From: Callorhinchus milii
Taxonomy: Eukaryota
DNA: 64,000 nt
NCBI RefSeq assembly: GCF_018977255.1
Contig: NW_024704743.1
Span: 79,548,001 to 79,612,000 of the forward strand
Direction of reading: 5' to 3'
Of this stretch, positions 1 through 11,397 are shown piece after piece; within the stretch, counting starts at the first letter, position 1; each line of letters starts with the position of its first letter. The translations under genes and the position numbers were made by a program. The notes under the pieces are model-generated. The model searched no databases. It was given only the letters and a program-made list of their open reading frames with translations, and was not told the DNA's origin.

Positions 1-125
1 GGTCACTCACTTCATAGCTGTTTGGGGGAAATTACTGTGTGCAAGTTGGCTACCAAGTTTGCCCACAAAATACACACAGCTACACCACTTAACAGATTAT
101 CCTGTGAAGCGCCTTGAGCCAAGCA
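1..125 (+). mobile_element. Deu-domain SINE, 3' part (degraded)
   Basis: ctgtttggggg..ctgtgtgcaagttggct..cccacaaaatacaca..ctgtgaagcgccttgag matches the SINE body repeated throughout the window. Confidence 0.7.
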
Positions 126-261
126 ATTCAAGATGTTGGTATTCTTGGACCAATATTTGAATCCATTAAAACCAAGGGGTGAACAATGCAACATTTCAAA
201 ACAGATTTAATATTTTTTGTGGTGTCTCTGGTTAACAATGTCCCAGATTAATTGGTTATTA

Positions 262-838
262 ATCCAGGGCAGGCTGCCAAAACCCTCATACATGCTTTCA
301 TTACATTGAGGATTGACTATGCAAACTCATTGCTTGTCGGCCTCCCCAACTCCTCCCTCTGTAGACTGCAGATCATCCAGAACTCTGCAGCCCGCATCCT
401 CTCCTGCACTAGGCTCCGAGACCCTATCACCCCCCATCCTTGCCGAACTCCACTGGCTTCCCGTCACACAGAGGATACAGTTCAAGATCCTGGTCCTGAC
501 CATCAAAGACCTCCATGGAATTGCTCCCTCCTACCTCTGCGCCCTCCTAATCCTGCTCCCTCACTCCTCTCAGCGGGCTCCAGCCTTCTGCCACTCTGCC
601 CCCACCCTCCGGAACTCCATCCGCAGTCCCTCCGCCTCACCCCTCCCTTGCCACCTTCAAGACCCATCTCAAGACCCTCCTCTTCCCCCGTGCTTTCAAT
701 CTCCCTGCTTCCCCCACTGCCCTCCACCCTCTCCGACCCCGACCCCCAGCTCGAGTCCAAAACTCTGTATGTCCAGCGCCTTGGGACATCCTCCCAATGT
801 GAAAGGCGCTATACAAATGTAATTTTGTTGTTGTTATT
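262..838 (+). mobile_element. L2-clade LINE, 5'-truncated 3' end (ORF2 C-terminus and tail)
   Basis: Frameshifted ORF2 motifs AAKTLIHAFITLRIDYANSLLVGLP..LQIIQNSAARIL and LHWLPV..RIQFKIL; tail agcgccttgggacatcctccc..gaaaggcgctat followed by (TTG)n. Confidence 0.93.
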
Positions 839-844
839 CACCTC

Positions 845-1105
845 ATGATAAACACAGCAGCCAATTTACGCACAGCAATGTCCGACAAACAGCAACTAAG
901 TGAATGATCATTTTCTCTGCAGGATTGTGGGCACAAGGAGAAACTGCCTTCTCTTTCTGAATATTGGTATGCGATGTGTAATGTCCACCTGACAGGCAGA
1001 TGGAAACTCCATTTAATGTCTTAGCCAAATGACATTTGAGTTTGATTCTGGGTCTTGGGGCTCTAAGTTGTGAGTTGAGACTAACAGAGCTGAGCTTGTT
1101 CTCAT
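845..1105 (-). mobile_element. Deu-domain (SacSINE1-like) SINE fragment
   Basis: Reverse complement of the Deu core (tgtccacctgacaggcagatgg..tttaatgtct) and of the head (gctctaag..ctaacagagctgagc). Confidence 0.7.
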
Positions 1106-2023
1106 CAGAAAAAGGAAAACTGAGAGACGGATACAATCCAGGTTAGTAAAATGCTGAGGAATAGCTGAGGTATATAAGCAGGCCTGCCCCATTGAGAATG
1201 GGACTTCATTGACTTCAGGGGATTTTATAAAAAAGTGGATGTTTCCTTGCTGGCTTGATTTTCTCTGGCAGAAAAAATACAGAGTCAATAGACAAACATT
1301 ATAGAAGGTGCCAGTAAGTACTATTGGTGCCAAATATTGAAGATCAAGGACCAATATCTGGGGTGGAAACATCACTGATACCGCAGATTTCTATGTTTCT
1401 AACTATTCTCATATTCATGCATTTGCCTACAAAATACACACTCACTACACTTAATCGTAAATCCTGTGCAGCGCTTTGAGATGTCCCGTTCTCCCCCCGC
1501 CCTCCCAATGTGAAAGGCACTATATCAAATGCAAGCGTTGTTATTAATATTCCTGTTTCTCACGGTTCTGTGTTCAAGATGGCCTCTGGCATCCCACCTT
1601 TAATTAAAGGCTTCTCTTTCTTTGGCACTGAATTGACTTCAGTGTCCAAATCTCTTCTGTTAGCTCGGCAGACAAGTAGCCGCGGATGCAACACATTTAT
1701 CTTCATATACTAGGCTTCTGTTGCTAAAATAACTGATGGATTATAGTAGCACTCCAAGCATTTGACAAAGCAGATTTATTGCCAGTACTTAAGCCATGAC
1801 CTAAATTGGTGTATCAGTTGGATTAACTTCCCCTGATCAATAACCGGCTGTTTTTACAAATCCAGACAAACGTTTTCAGAAAATGTGCAGTCAAGCTATG
1901 TGTTCTTTCGAAAGCAACATGTGATCTGCCATAGTATGAAATTGCCAATGTTTATACAATGCTGCAGATGATTGTTTTTAAGTTGTTCTGAGTATATTCT
2001 TGGAAATCTGTTGTAAATGCTCC

Positions 2024-2266
2024 GGGGGAGAAATTACACTTGGGGAATAGGCTTTTTTTTTGGCATGCAGAATTTGGTTAATTCTTAAATTCAATCTTAA
2101 TTTTGAAGTTGGTTTTCTGTAGATTCTTTAAGTATTAAGACTTCAAAATCAATTTAAGAAATTAAGGCTTCAAACATTAAGAGGGAATTTAAGAAGTTAC
2201 CAAATTCAGCAGGCGCCTAAAAGCTAAGAAAATATTGTATGTCTAACACAGGTGGAATTTCAACCC
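2024..2266. mobile_element. MITE-like element with GGG-terminal TIRs
   Basis: Left gggggagaaattacacttgg and right caggtggaatttcaaccc are imperfect inverted repeats; related to the copy at 39291-39441. Confidence 0.55.
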
Positions 2267-2362
2267 ACACAATCACCGTTTCTGGAAAATACAGAAAACA
2301 ATTCCGTGTCTCTATTCTGATCTGGTGTCCTTTGTGATGGGACTCTCTCTTCTCTTTTCCAG

Positions 2363-2386
2363 ATGTTGCAGATTATGGTCTGAGCT
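2363..2386 (+). other. Candidate 24-nt micro-exon
   Basis: Preceded by ctctctcttctcttttccAG and followed by GTGAGT; length is a multiple of 3. Confidence 0.35.
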
Positions 2387-3076
2387 GTGAGTTAGACACA
2401 CCCCATAAAACCAATGACTTAGAACAATGAAACGTACCTTTACATTTAGGGTATAATTTTGTTATTTGGATAACATTTTGATGAAAAATTGACTTTTGTT
2501 ACATTGCTGCATTAGGGAACAATATCCGGAACTTAATATTTTTGGAACACTACTTATGGAATTATGCATGGCAACCTTGATTAATAACGACTAACCAAAA
2601 TAACACACTAATAGTATAGTGCAACGTACATTTGAACAATTTGACTTTGAAATTTAATAGTTTTACCAAACTAGAATAACAACTGTTACAAATTCACGGT
2701 CAATCTGAGGATTAAATTTCACTGTTTCACGTCCTGTCATTTGATGCCATACAATCCTAACCCCCAATTTTTATCAGATATTATATACATCTGGTAAACT
2801 GACATATTTGTAATACCCACTTGTGAATTATTTCATCTTTATCTAAGACACTTGAAAAACATTGCAATAGAATACCAGATCTGATCAAGACTCCTGATAA
2901 TCCAATGGTAAATGTAACAGTTGTTGCACCTTTGGCATTTGGAAAAAAATCATTACTTCTTGGCTATAGAACACATTTGTTCTGATTAAAGCATTCTGGC
3001 AATGCATCAAGGTTTGTAATTTCATATGAAAATTGAATCTGACTATAACACTTACTAATGTACCATAGCCTCTATC

Positions 3077-3356
3077 ACAACAACTTGCACCCTTCACATA
3101 GGTAGGATCTTGGAGTGCTTAACAGCAGCAAGAGAGGAGAGATGACCAAAGATACGGTCGAGAGGGAAGTCTTTAGGGGTGATTTGAGGACAGGCAAGGA
3201 GCGGACAGGACAGATGGAATGAGGCAGGGAATTCCAGAGATTCGGGGCATAGTGGCTGAAAGCACGGCTGGCAGTTGTAGAGTGGAGGGGCCGACAGACG
3301 TGCAGAAGACCCGAGTCTGCTGAGTGAAGGCGGTGGGTAGAGGAATGGGGTGTGAA
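3077..3356 (-). mobile_element. L2 LINE 3' fragment
   Basis: Minus translation LHSADSGLLHV..RAFSHYAPNLWNSLP..LKSPLKTSL; (CAA)n tail at the left end. Confidence 0.85.
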
Positions 3357-3864
3357 TATGTGTAAAGTAGAATGCATTTCTCATGACTCCCTCACTGACT
3401 GAGAAACATTAGAAATGTTCTTACATTTTCAAAATACCACACACTTCTTGTGACTCCCATAGACATGTTAGACAGGTTTTACGATTTTTTTTAATATGCT
3501 TTTAGCATTATCTTCAATAAAACTTAGTGATGCGACAAATACAATATCCTGGAAAAGGTGCAAAATAAAGCGTGTGTCTGTCAGAATGGGCTCTAGTCTG
3601 TTTCAAACTATCTGTAACCAGAATTGAGTTTCCCTCCACTATCCCTCCCCACCCCACCCCTGCCACCACCACAACTCACACAGACTTGCAGGGTTCAGAT
3701 AACCCCCTCAAAAAGAAACATTAGACCATCAGAAACCAAGATGCACAAAACCAGAACAGTTACAACTATTTTTTAACCACAAAAGGCAATCACCAGTTCA
3801 TCGGCTCCCATTTCGAGGGAACCACCATGGATTAAGAAGGAATAAACCTCTGATATATACCTGC

Positions 3865-4000
3865 CTTAGAAATACAAGAGGGAGAGGGGAATAGAAGGTA
3901 TGGGAGGAAGTAAAGAGTGAATGGAGACTCGTGGAGCGTGAACACTGGCGCAGACTGGTTGGGCCAAATGGCCTGTTTCTGTGCTGTATATTCTTTGTAA
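3865..4000 (+). mobile_element. CR1-type LINE 3' tail
   Basis: ggagactcgtggagcgtgaacactggcgcagactggttgggccaaatggcctgtttctgtgctgtatattctttgtaa is typical of shark CR1/HE1-type 3' ends. Confidence 0.7.
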
Positions 4001-5049
4001 ATCCACTCAAATCTATGATCACCAACATGATTTTAAAGGGACAGGTCAAACCCAAACGTGAAATTATTCCAATTGAGCAGCATCTGTATTGACGTAAAAA
4101 AAATCATTAAACTTTGGTTCAGGCTCCAGCGTCATCTTTCAATGGTGGGATAAGAATCATGTATCAGTCTCTCTGTTCCAACATATGGTTTAGATGGACC
4201 TGGCTTTCATAGGAGCAACTTTTTCCTGTGCCAGACATATCAGCTGATCTATGGATTACCTCAGGCTCCCGGTTTCTTTGTTCATTGCCCCACATAGTTT
4301 CTCATGTTCGACAGCAGAAGCTGTTTTCCCTTATTCCCTTCTCTTAGGCTGAACATCCGCAAACCATCCTTCATCCCCACTATAATACTATGGCATTCCA
4401 TGCCCAGGTTAATTGCTTAAACAGGCAATATCTGATCACCGGAGAGCGATCATCACTGGAGCTGAATCCAGCACTCGGAGGACAGTCCGAGGACATGGTA
4501 TGCAAGTGTTGGGATGTTTTTATATTTCAAATGAACATTTCAAAGGAAATCACAGTGTCCTGGTGCAAAGTTTGGCAAACAGAAACAAATACTTTTTAAA
4601 AAAAAATGTTGTCATAAACATTCTCAAAATGTAAGTCAGCTTGGCTCAAGCTATATCCAAATTTATTCTGTCACTTCTTCCTCTTTTATTTGGTGGGCAG
4701 ACACATATGGATGGAATTGTTTGCCATGATTGAGAGTCTTCATTTCCATCTATTGGAGATTCTGTTGGAAATGAACCATCTAAAATTGTGCAGTTAGTAT
4801 TGAAAGGTACAAGGTGCTAGTCAGTGTCCTGGCTTCTTTGAGATAGGACCTTTGTACCCACTGGATTGTTGTTTTACAAGATTATCAGGAGTAGAGTTGG
4901 AAGAATTATGTCCCCAGTGATATGTATATTATTCTAAAACTTATTGATGATGTTGTGAGGCTGGTCAGTCATCACTAGTGCCCTGTCATATTGCAGAGCT
5001 GCCTGAAGTGACGCAGGTACTGAATCACTGAGTCCACCGTGGAGTTAAC

Positions 5050-6125
5050 TCAGGAGGATGTCCCAAGGTGCTGGACAGTCAAAGATCCGCACCCGAGCTG
5101 GTGGTTGGGATCAGGAGGGGGTGTAGGGGTAGGGGAGTGACTGAAGGCACGTCAAAGAGATCTTGAGACTGGTCTTGAAGGAGGCAAGGGAGGGGGCGAG
5201 GCTGAGGGAGTTCCAGAGGGTGGGGCAAGGAGGCTGAAGGCACAACTGCCAGTGATGGGACGGGGAAGACCGGGGACATGAAGGCTGGCTGGTGCCTTTG
5301 AGCGGAGGGAGCAGACAGATTCGTAGAGGGTTAGGAGGTCACAGAGGTAGGGAGGAGCAATACCGTGGAGGGCTTTGAAGGTGAGGACCAGGATCTTGAA
5401 TTGTATCCGATGAGTGATGGGAGCCAGTGGAACTGGGCGAGGCTGGGAAGATAGGGTCGCGGAGCCTGTTGCGGGTGAGGATACAGGCTGCAGAGTTCTG
5501 AATGATTTGCAGCCTGTGGAGGGAGGAGTTGGGAGGCCGACAACCAGGGAGGTTGCGAGTCGAGCCTGGATGTAATAAATGCATGGATGAGTGTCTCGGT
5601 GGCCTGCCGTGAGAGACAGTGGTGGAGCCGGGCAATGTGGCGGAGGTCGGGAAAGGCAGAGCGGGTAATGACACGGATGTGGGGGATGAAGGACAGTTAA
5701 GGGTTGAACAGGACACCGAGGTTCCGTATTGGCTTCTTGAGGTATAGAGTGCATCCATGGAGGATGATGCTGTCGGCGCCTGAGGTGTGGAGGCGCTGAC
5801 AAGAGCCAAGCAGGAAGACCTCAGTCTTGTTGACATACAATGGGAAAAAGTTTGCTCTCATCCAGGACTTGATGTCCAATTGGCAGTCTGTCAGGACAGC
5901 AGTGGTCCTGGAGTTGAGGGCGGAGGCGGAGAAATAGAGTTGAGTGTCATTCGCATACATGTGGAAGTTGACCCCATGTCTACGGATGATGTCACCAAGA
6001 GGGAGCATGTAGAGGTTGAATAGGAGGGAACCAAGTAAAGAGTCCTGAGGGACACCACTTGTGATGGTGCGGGGGCTGGAGGAGAAGCCATTAGTGGAGA
6101 CAAAGTGGAGACGGTGGGAGAGGTG
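5050..6125 (-). mobile_element. L2 LINE about 1.1 kb: reverse-transcriptase C-terminal half to tail, frameshifted
   Basis: RT motifs [74 protein letters not shown]. Confidence 0.95.
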
Positions 6126-6389
6126 CCATAGCTTCATCAGTATGTGTTTAGCATTCTGCGAACCAACCAGTTTAGCCATTGAATGCCAGATACAAGAGTG
6201 TGGGCTCCACAGCTGTCATCTCAGGTTGCCTCTCCAGATTATGTCAAGCAAACCACCTTGAAGCTTCATAGGTCAAAATCAATATAATGTTGCAAGCTTG
6301 CTGGACACCAGCTGTTTATCCCAAGGCTTTGGCAAAGTCATGAGCCCATCGTGAGAGTGACTTTGCTTCCTAGGTGCACTGTTTAGTAT

Positions 6390-6650
6390 TAATAATAATA
6401 TAATAATAATAATCCTTGTATTTGATATAGAACCTTATCAAGGCTGTTTACTGATAGCATGAATGATCCACATGAAAGAAATCTGTGTGCCTTCTATTTG
6501 AGAACTGGTGTCAGTAATAATAATAATCCTTAATAATAATAATAATCTTTGCATTTGATATAGTGCCTTATCATATCTTTGAGACGTCTCAAAGTGCTTC
6601 ACAGAATATACTGTAAAGTGAATTGACTGTATATTTTGTGGGCGAAACAT
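6390..6650 (-). mobile_element. SINE 3' tails (two pieces)
   Basis: (TAA)n-ccttg(c/t)atttgatatag.. at about 6390-6440 and 6530-6650. Confidence 0.8.
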
Positions 6651-6931
6651 ACAGATTAGTACAGGTTGGTGCTTAGCCTACTATCAACTGTTTTCCCTCT
6701 TCACTCACAACTTGGTCCAGGATCTCACACCACACACATGGCATACAAAACCTTTGCCTCTGCATGCCTAAGAGTTCTGAGTATGAAGGAGAACTGTTTA
6801 TGCACAGCCTGTACCCCACAATCTTAGCCTTCATTGGCACTTTGGTTTATTTGTGGAAAGATGAAATAAATTAAAGAGTCTTAGGCGCATCCATAGTAGA
6901 GTCTAGAAAAAACATTTCCAAGTTTTGCTCG

Positions 6932-7235
6932 TAACAACAACAAATTACACTTATGTAGGCCTTTCAAGTCAGAAGGCTGTCCCAAGGTACTGGACAGTCA
7001 AGATTTGCACCCAAACTGGGGATTGGAATCAAGAAGTGTGGAAGGCAAGTAGGGTGGGGGTAGGAGGGTGACCAAAGGTGCGGTTGAAGAAGAGGGTCTT
7101 GAGACGGGCACTGAAGTAGGGGAAGGGATGAGATGAAGGGACGGCGGGATAGAGTTCCAAAGGTGGGAGCAGAGAAGTTGAAGGCCTGACCGCTGATGGT
7201 GTAGTGCACATGGGAACAGGCCAGAGTCTGCTGAG
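6932..7235 (-). mobile_element. L2 LINE 3' fragment
   Basis: SADSGL.., QAFNFSAP, LWNSIP, LKTLFF; (CAA)n tail. Confidence 0.85.
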
Positions 7236-8079
7236 TGTGTAAATACACATTGACAACACTTGACCACAATCAAAATGAAAGCTTTTTTTCTTTGTTTGTC
7301 CTTCCTCCTCTTCCAATGTGGTATAGTTACATGATGGCCCCTGAATTTTCACACATTTTAATACAAGACTGGTTGAGACCTTGCTTTGTATAATCAATTA
7401 CCACGGAAGTGGAATGGAACGTTCAAGTTTCCAAGAGGAAATATCTTGATTGTATTCCCCTCTGATGTGCATATTCTCACATTTTCCCCTTCAAAAAGGT
7501 AGAATAATTGTCTGGTCTGGTCTTTATTAAACATTAAGAAATTGACGTATGAGAATTGTCACAGTTATATTATTTATTTAATAAGCTGAGCCCAGTGAGA
7601 TACATATGGAATCAAGATGATGGCCCTTTCAGGAAGAAACTGGAAGAAAGACCATAAAGTGCTGCAGCTGATGCACACACACACACTGACTGCAGGCACC
7701 TCCAGAGTTTGGGAAGTAACAGCTGAGGGCAGCCCAGGAAGCAGCTGTTGGAAGGGAAGGATTAACTGTTCCTACAACTCAAGAGAATGGCTGACTGCAG
7801 GAGGGTCAAAGATCACAACCCATGCTCATAAATTTCTTAAGGAAACATGTTAAAGTGGATGAAAATGTTGTGGTGGTGAGAGAATAGGGGCGGGGGGGAG
7901 AAAGGGAATAAGTACAGCAGAGAAAGAGATTAAAGAAGATGGACTCTTTCACTGCTGTGCTATTCATCCAATGATCAAGGTGGGGTCAGGGGAATTTGTG
8001 ATGTTTGAAACTATCTCTGGCATTAATTTATGCTGACGTTATTTATCACTGCAATTTGAGACGTTTAGCGTGTAACACT

Positions 8080-8465
8080 AAGTGACAGTTTGGTTGTGGT
8101 TTAATTCTTCAGGTCAGCCTTTAAAATCTGTAGCATGTAAATGGTATGGCTGGAGGTGTGCTGCATTGTATGAGGTGCTATCCTTTATATTGAAGTCATG
8201 TCTGCCTGTTCAGGTGAACATGAAAGATCGCATGGAACTATTCGAAAAGAGAAGGGAATTTCTCCTGGTATCCTGGTCAACAATCCCTCAGGTGAAACTG
8301 AACATTCACTTTGTGGCTATTTGTGAAACATTGTTGTGTGCAAAATTATCTGCTTCACTCACCTGCAAAGTAAAGAATCATTAGTACAGTAAACCTGCAA
8401 AAACTCTTTGAGATATTTCAATGGTCTTAGACACTTTATGAAATGCAAAGATTCCTATTATTCTG
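8080..8465 (+). mobile_element. Deu-domain SINE (degraded)
   Basis: gtctgcctgttcaggtgaacatgaaagatcgcatggaactattcgaaaagagaagggaatttctcctgg Deu core plus tail. Confidence 0.75.
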
Positions 8466-8774
8466 GCTAATGTTGATGTGACAACATCAGACCAATACAG
8501 CTAAACATAACTACTTTGCTGTTAAATGGTTTGAATCCTGTTAATTGCTTGCTCACTTCGTCTTTATAGGAAATGTCTGTGTTTACAAATAAAATCACAA
8601 TTATTTTATTTCTATAATTCAGGCATCATTTAGATAATTTTACCAACATCACTCTACTTTATATATTCTTGGACACTGTATGAACAAATGATGCTTAGAC
8701 TCTGCTGAAACTGTCAGTACAGGTTATGGAGGAACCAAGCAGCAGAAATTTCCAAGACCAAGCTCTGTCTAGAC

Positions 8775-9175
8775 AATGACAAGAGCAGGGCAGAGGCTAG
8801 GTACTCTGTGATGAGTGGCTCACCTCCCAACCCTTTGATGCCTCTCCACCATCCAGAAGACTCAAGTCAGGAGTGTGATGGAATATTCATCACTTGTCTG
8901 GACAATGTACCTGTAGTAAAACTCAAAATGCTTGACGCCATCCGGGAGAGAGAAGTCTACTTGATCAGCATTCTGGTTCCTGAGATCAACATCATCTCCA
9001 TCTCCCACACATGCACGGTGGCAGCAATGTGTACCATTTGCAGAATCCCAACCTTGCTTGTACCACACTTCCCAACCCTGTGACCTCCACTATCCAGAAG
9101 AACAAGAGAAGTGTCATCATGGGAACGCCTGCACGACCAGCACTACCAAGTCACACGCTATCCCGACTTGGACAC
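8775..9175 (+). mobile_element. CR1/Jockey-group LINE ORF2 C-terminal fragment (family distinct from the L2 copies)
   Basis: Decayed RAGQRLGTL..LSTIQKTQVRSVMEYSSLVW..LKMLDAI..LI..HTCTVAAMCTI, typical post-RT LINE motifs. Confidence 0.75.
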
Positions 9176-9479
9176 ACAGAGGAGCCCTGTTATAATACAG
9201 TGGTTGGGGTGCATAAAGTCCCAACCCCAGTTACGCAGTATATCTGACAACAGCTGTAATGCTGTGTGGTTTATTGCAGGAAATAAAAATTCCAACTCAA
9301 TCTCACAAACAGGCCTTTTGACTGATATGTATGTTCAGCTGGGCCAACAATCTGATATAGGATTTTGTCAGAGCAGTATTACTTACGCATTATCATGCAC
9401 TTGTACGCAATAAAATCCGAAGATTTAGCTTGGCTTACTGCTACTTAATGCACCTTCCTCTGTCTGACCTTAGCTAAAT

Positions 9480-9905
9480 AAGGTAAGGCAAGCTCCTGGC
9501 ATCTTCACAGCTACTGTGGTCACGAGACAAAATTCTTCAGGAGATCAAAAGAAGATTAATAGCTCATTGATCTTGCTCCTCTGGAGGCTGGAAAAGGACA
9601 AGCAGAGTAGAGACACGTGTCAATTCAATGTCTCTCCTACCCTGTTCCATTTGTGGTGGGAATTGAGCTGGCTCTGCTACACCTACGATACACAGCTTAT
9701 ACGTAATGTGGGCGGTGACATAATCATACACAAAGTATGTCACATTACCATACACAGTGCTCATGGCGATCGATGCTTTATCACTGGGATTAGGTGCGTG
9801 TTGGCCAGTGGAGTACACCTTCTGCTAGTGGGTAGTGGTGGTGCTTTGCTGGTGAAAGGAGGGGACAGCAACATTGCGATCCAAATACATGTAACCAATC
9901 ACTAA
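9480..9905 (-). pseudogene. Putative BRICHOS-domain protein remnant (gastrokine/proSP-C-like), intronless across the domain
   Basis: One minus frame reads LVIGYMYL..*..KASIAMSTVYGNVTYFVYDYVTAHITYKLCIVGVAEPAQFPPQME..*..*RILSRDHSSCEDARSLPY; VYDY at 9731-9720; two Cys 61 codons apart; 3 in-frame stops. Confidence 0.42.
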
Positions 9906-10039
9906 AAGCTTAGTGGTGATGGTGCATTTATTCAGTCCTTAACCAGTCTCTTTAACTCTATGGGATTTCCGCACAATGTGAAAGGTGCTGTTTAAATGTA
10001 AATTTGTATTGTATTTACACAGCTGGAATGCCCTAATTC

Positions 10040-10500
10040 TAAACCTTGACCCTGGAGCATTTGAGTTGGAGGAGGACATGTGCATCCAAGTTGGAGGAGT
10101 GGTGGGAGTGACTGCGAGTAGAGTCACAGAAGGCCCCCTCAGTTAAGGTGAGGCAAGGCTGTGGAGGCATTTGAAGATGAGGACAAGGATCTTAAAGGTG
10201 ATACACTGATGGCTAGGAAGCCAGTGAACCTGGGCAACAATGGGGGTGCTGGGCTTGTGGAGCATATGCAGGAGAGGATAGTAGTTGTGGATGACATGGA
10301 GTTTGTGGATTTTGGTGAGCATGGCGGTGGTGGGAACCTGGAGGATAGTTTTAAAGGAGAGTTAAAACCTGAAGCTGATTCTGAAATCAGCATTCATTCA
10401 ACATGTACCGGTCAACAACAATAATTTTCATTTATATAGTGCTTTTCATGTTTGGAAGATGTCCCAGAGCGCTTCACTGGGAGTCAAAGCTGTGGTGGGC
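10040..10500 (-). mobile_element. Old L2 fragments and tail
   Basis: gaggcatttgaagatgaggacaaggatcttaaa..ggaagccagtgaacc (antisense of HWLP/FKIL); tail at 10413-10480. Confidence 0.6.
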
Positions 10501-11178
10501 AGGGGCAGGGGCAGAGGTAAGCTGCTATTTGACATATAAGACTGTCAGATTGAATATTCCATTAAATAAAACTTCTCATTTTGCCAGTGCAAAATAACCC
10601 CCGCATATTCACAATACAAATTACAATTGCTATACAATTTATATTTGTTACACTTGCTAGTAACATAATTGCTAATCAATCATCCATTCTCCCCTTTTAA
10701 AGAAATTAGATTTGTTTCACTCTTCAGCTGACTGATGATAACTTGAGATAATATCCTCAATTTACTGGGATGCAGTTTGAAAAGATAAAAATTCAGCCAC
10801 ACACAAGTCTGGATTTCCTTTAAAGTACAACTGAGTTAGTTTTTATCTAAATAAACGTTCTTCTTCTTTTGCCAATTTAGGCTAGAAATGAAAGACACAA
10901 CATTTGTTGGAAAGCTACACTTACAAGTTTCTGTCCTCACTTGCATCATCATCTCCCAACAGAGAGACCAGATGCCAATGACCTAGATTTAAAAACTTGG
11001 GTGGGGCTGTATGAGTTAGAGGCATTCCTCAGCTGGATGCAAACCAGAAATTGTCTGCAATGGTTAGTGACCTCTCAGTCTGCACACAGGGATATAATTG
11101 CTCTTTAAATCCATGCTTGGCAGATACCTTGAAAGGGTTTCCAAAAGTGTCTTGTCTCATCTGAGTGACAAGATCACT

Positions 11179-11397
11179 GAGTCCTGTAGCTCAGTGGTTA
11201 GAGCACTCGCTTTGCAAGCGAGAGACCTGAGTTCAATTCCAGGCAGGGCGAAACCTTGGGCAAGTTTCCTTACTCCACACACCTAATAATAATCCCTCCA
11301 AAACCAAAAAGCAATAATTAAATTGGTCATTTTCAATCTATGAATGTTTGTGGGACATTGCTGTGCGCAATTGGCTGCCGCGTTCATATTATTATTA
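11179..11397 (+). mobile_element. Young tRNA-Ala-derived SINE, short subfamily, 3' part missing
   Basis: A box TAGCTCAGTGG, anticodon-like ctttgcaag, B box GTTCAATTC, then ccttgggcaagtttcc. Confidence 0.92.

Noticed and set aside
252..848. 198-aa and 169-aa ORFs as genes
   Set aside because: They are frameshifted L2 ORF2 C-terminus running into the pyrimidine-rich tail; the same applies to the ORFs at 5152-6179 and 18727-19281
1552..1713. Short minus ORF (MKINVLHP..NTEP) with a GTGAGA donor-like end, and a small hairpin at 1621-1650
   Set aside because: Too short, unrecognised, and within chance expectation
9516..9905. 129-aa plus-strand ORF
   Set aside because: GTG start, no motif, and better explained as the antisense shadow of the BRICHOS-like frame
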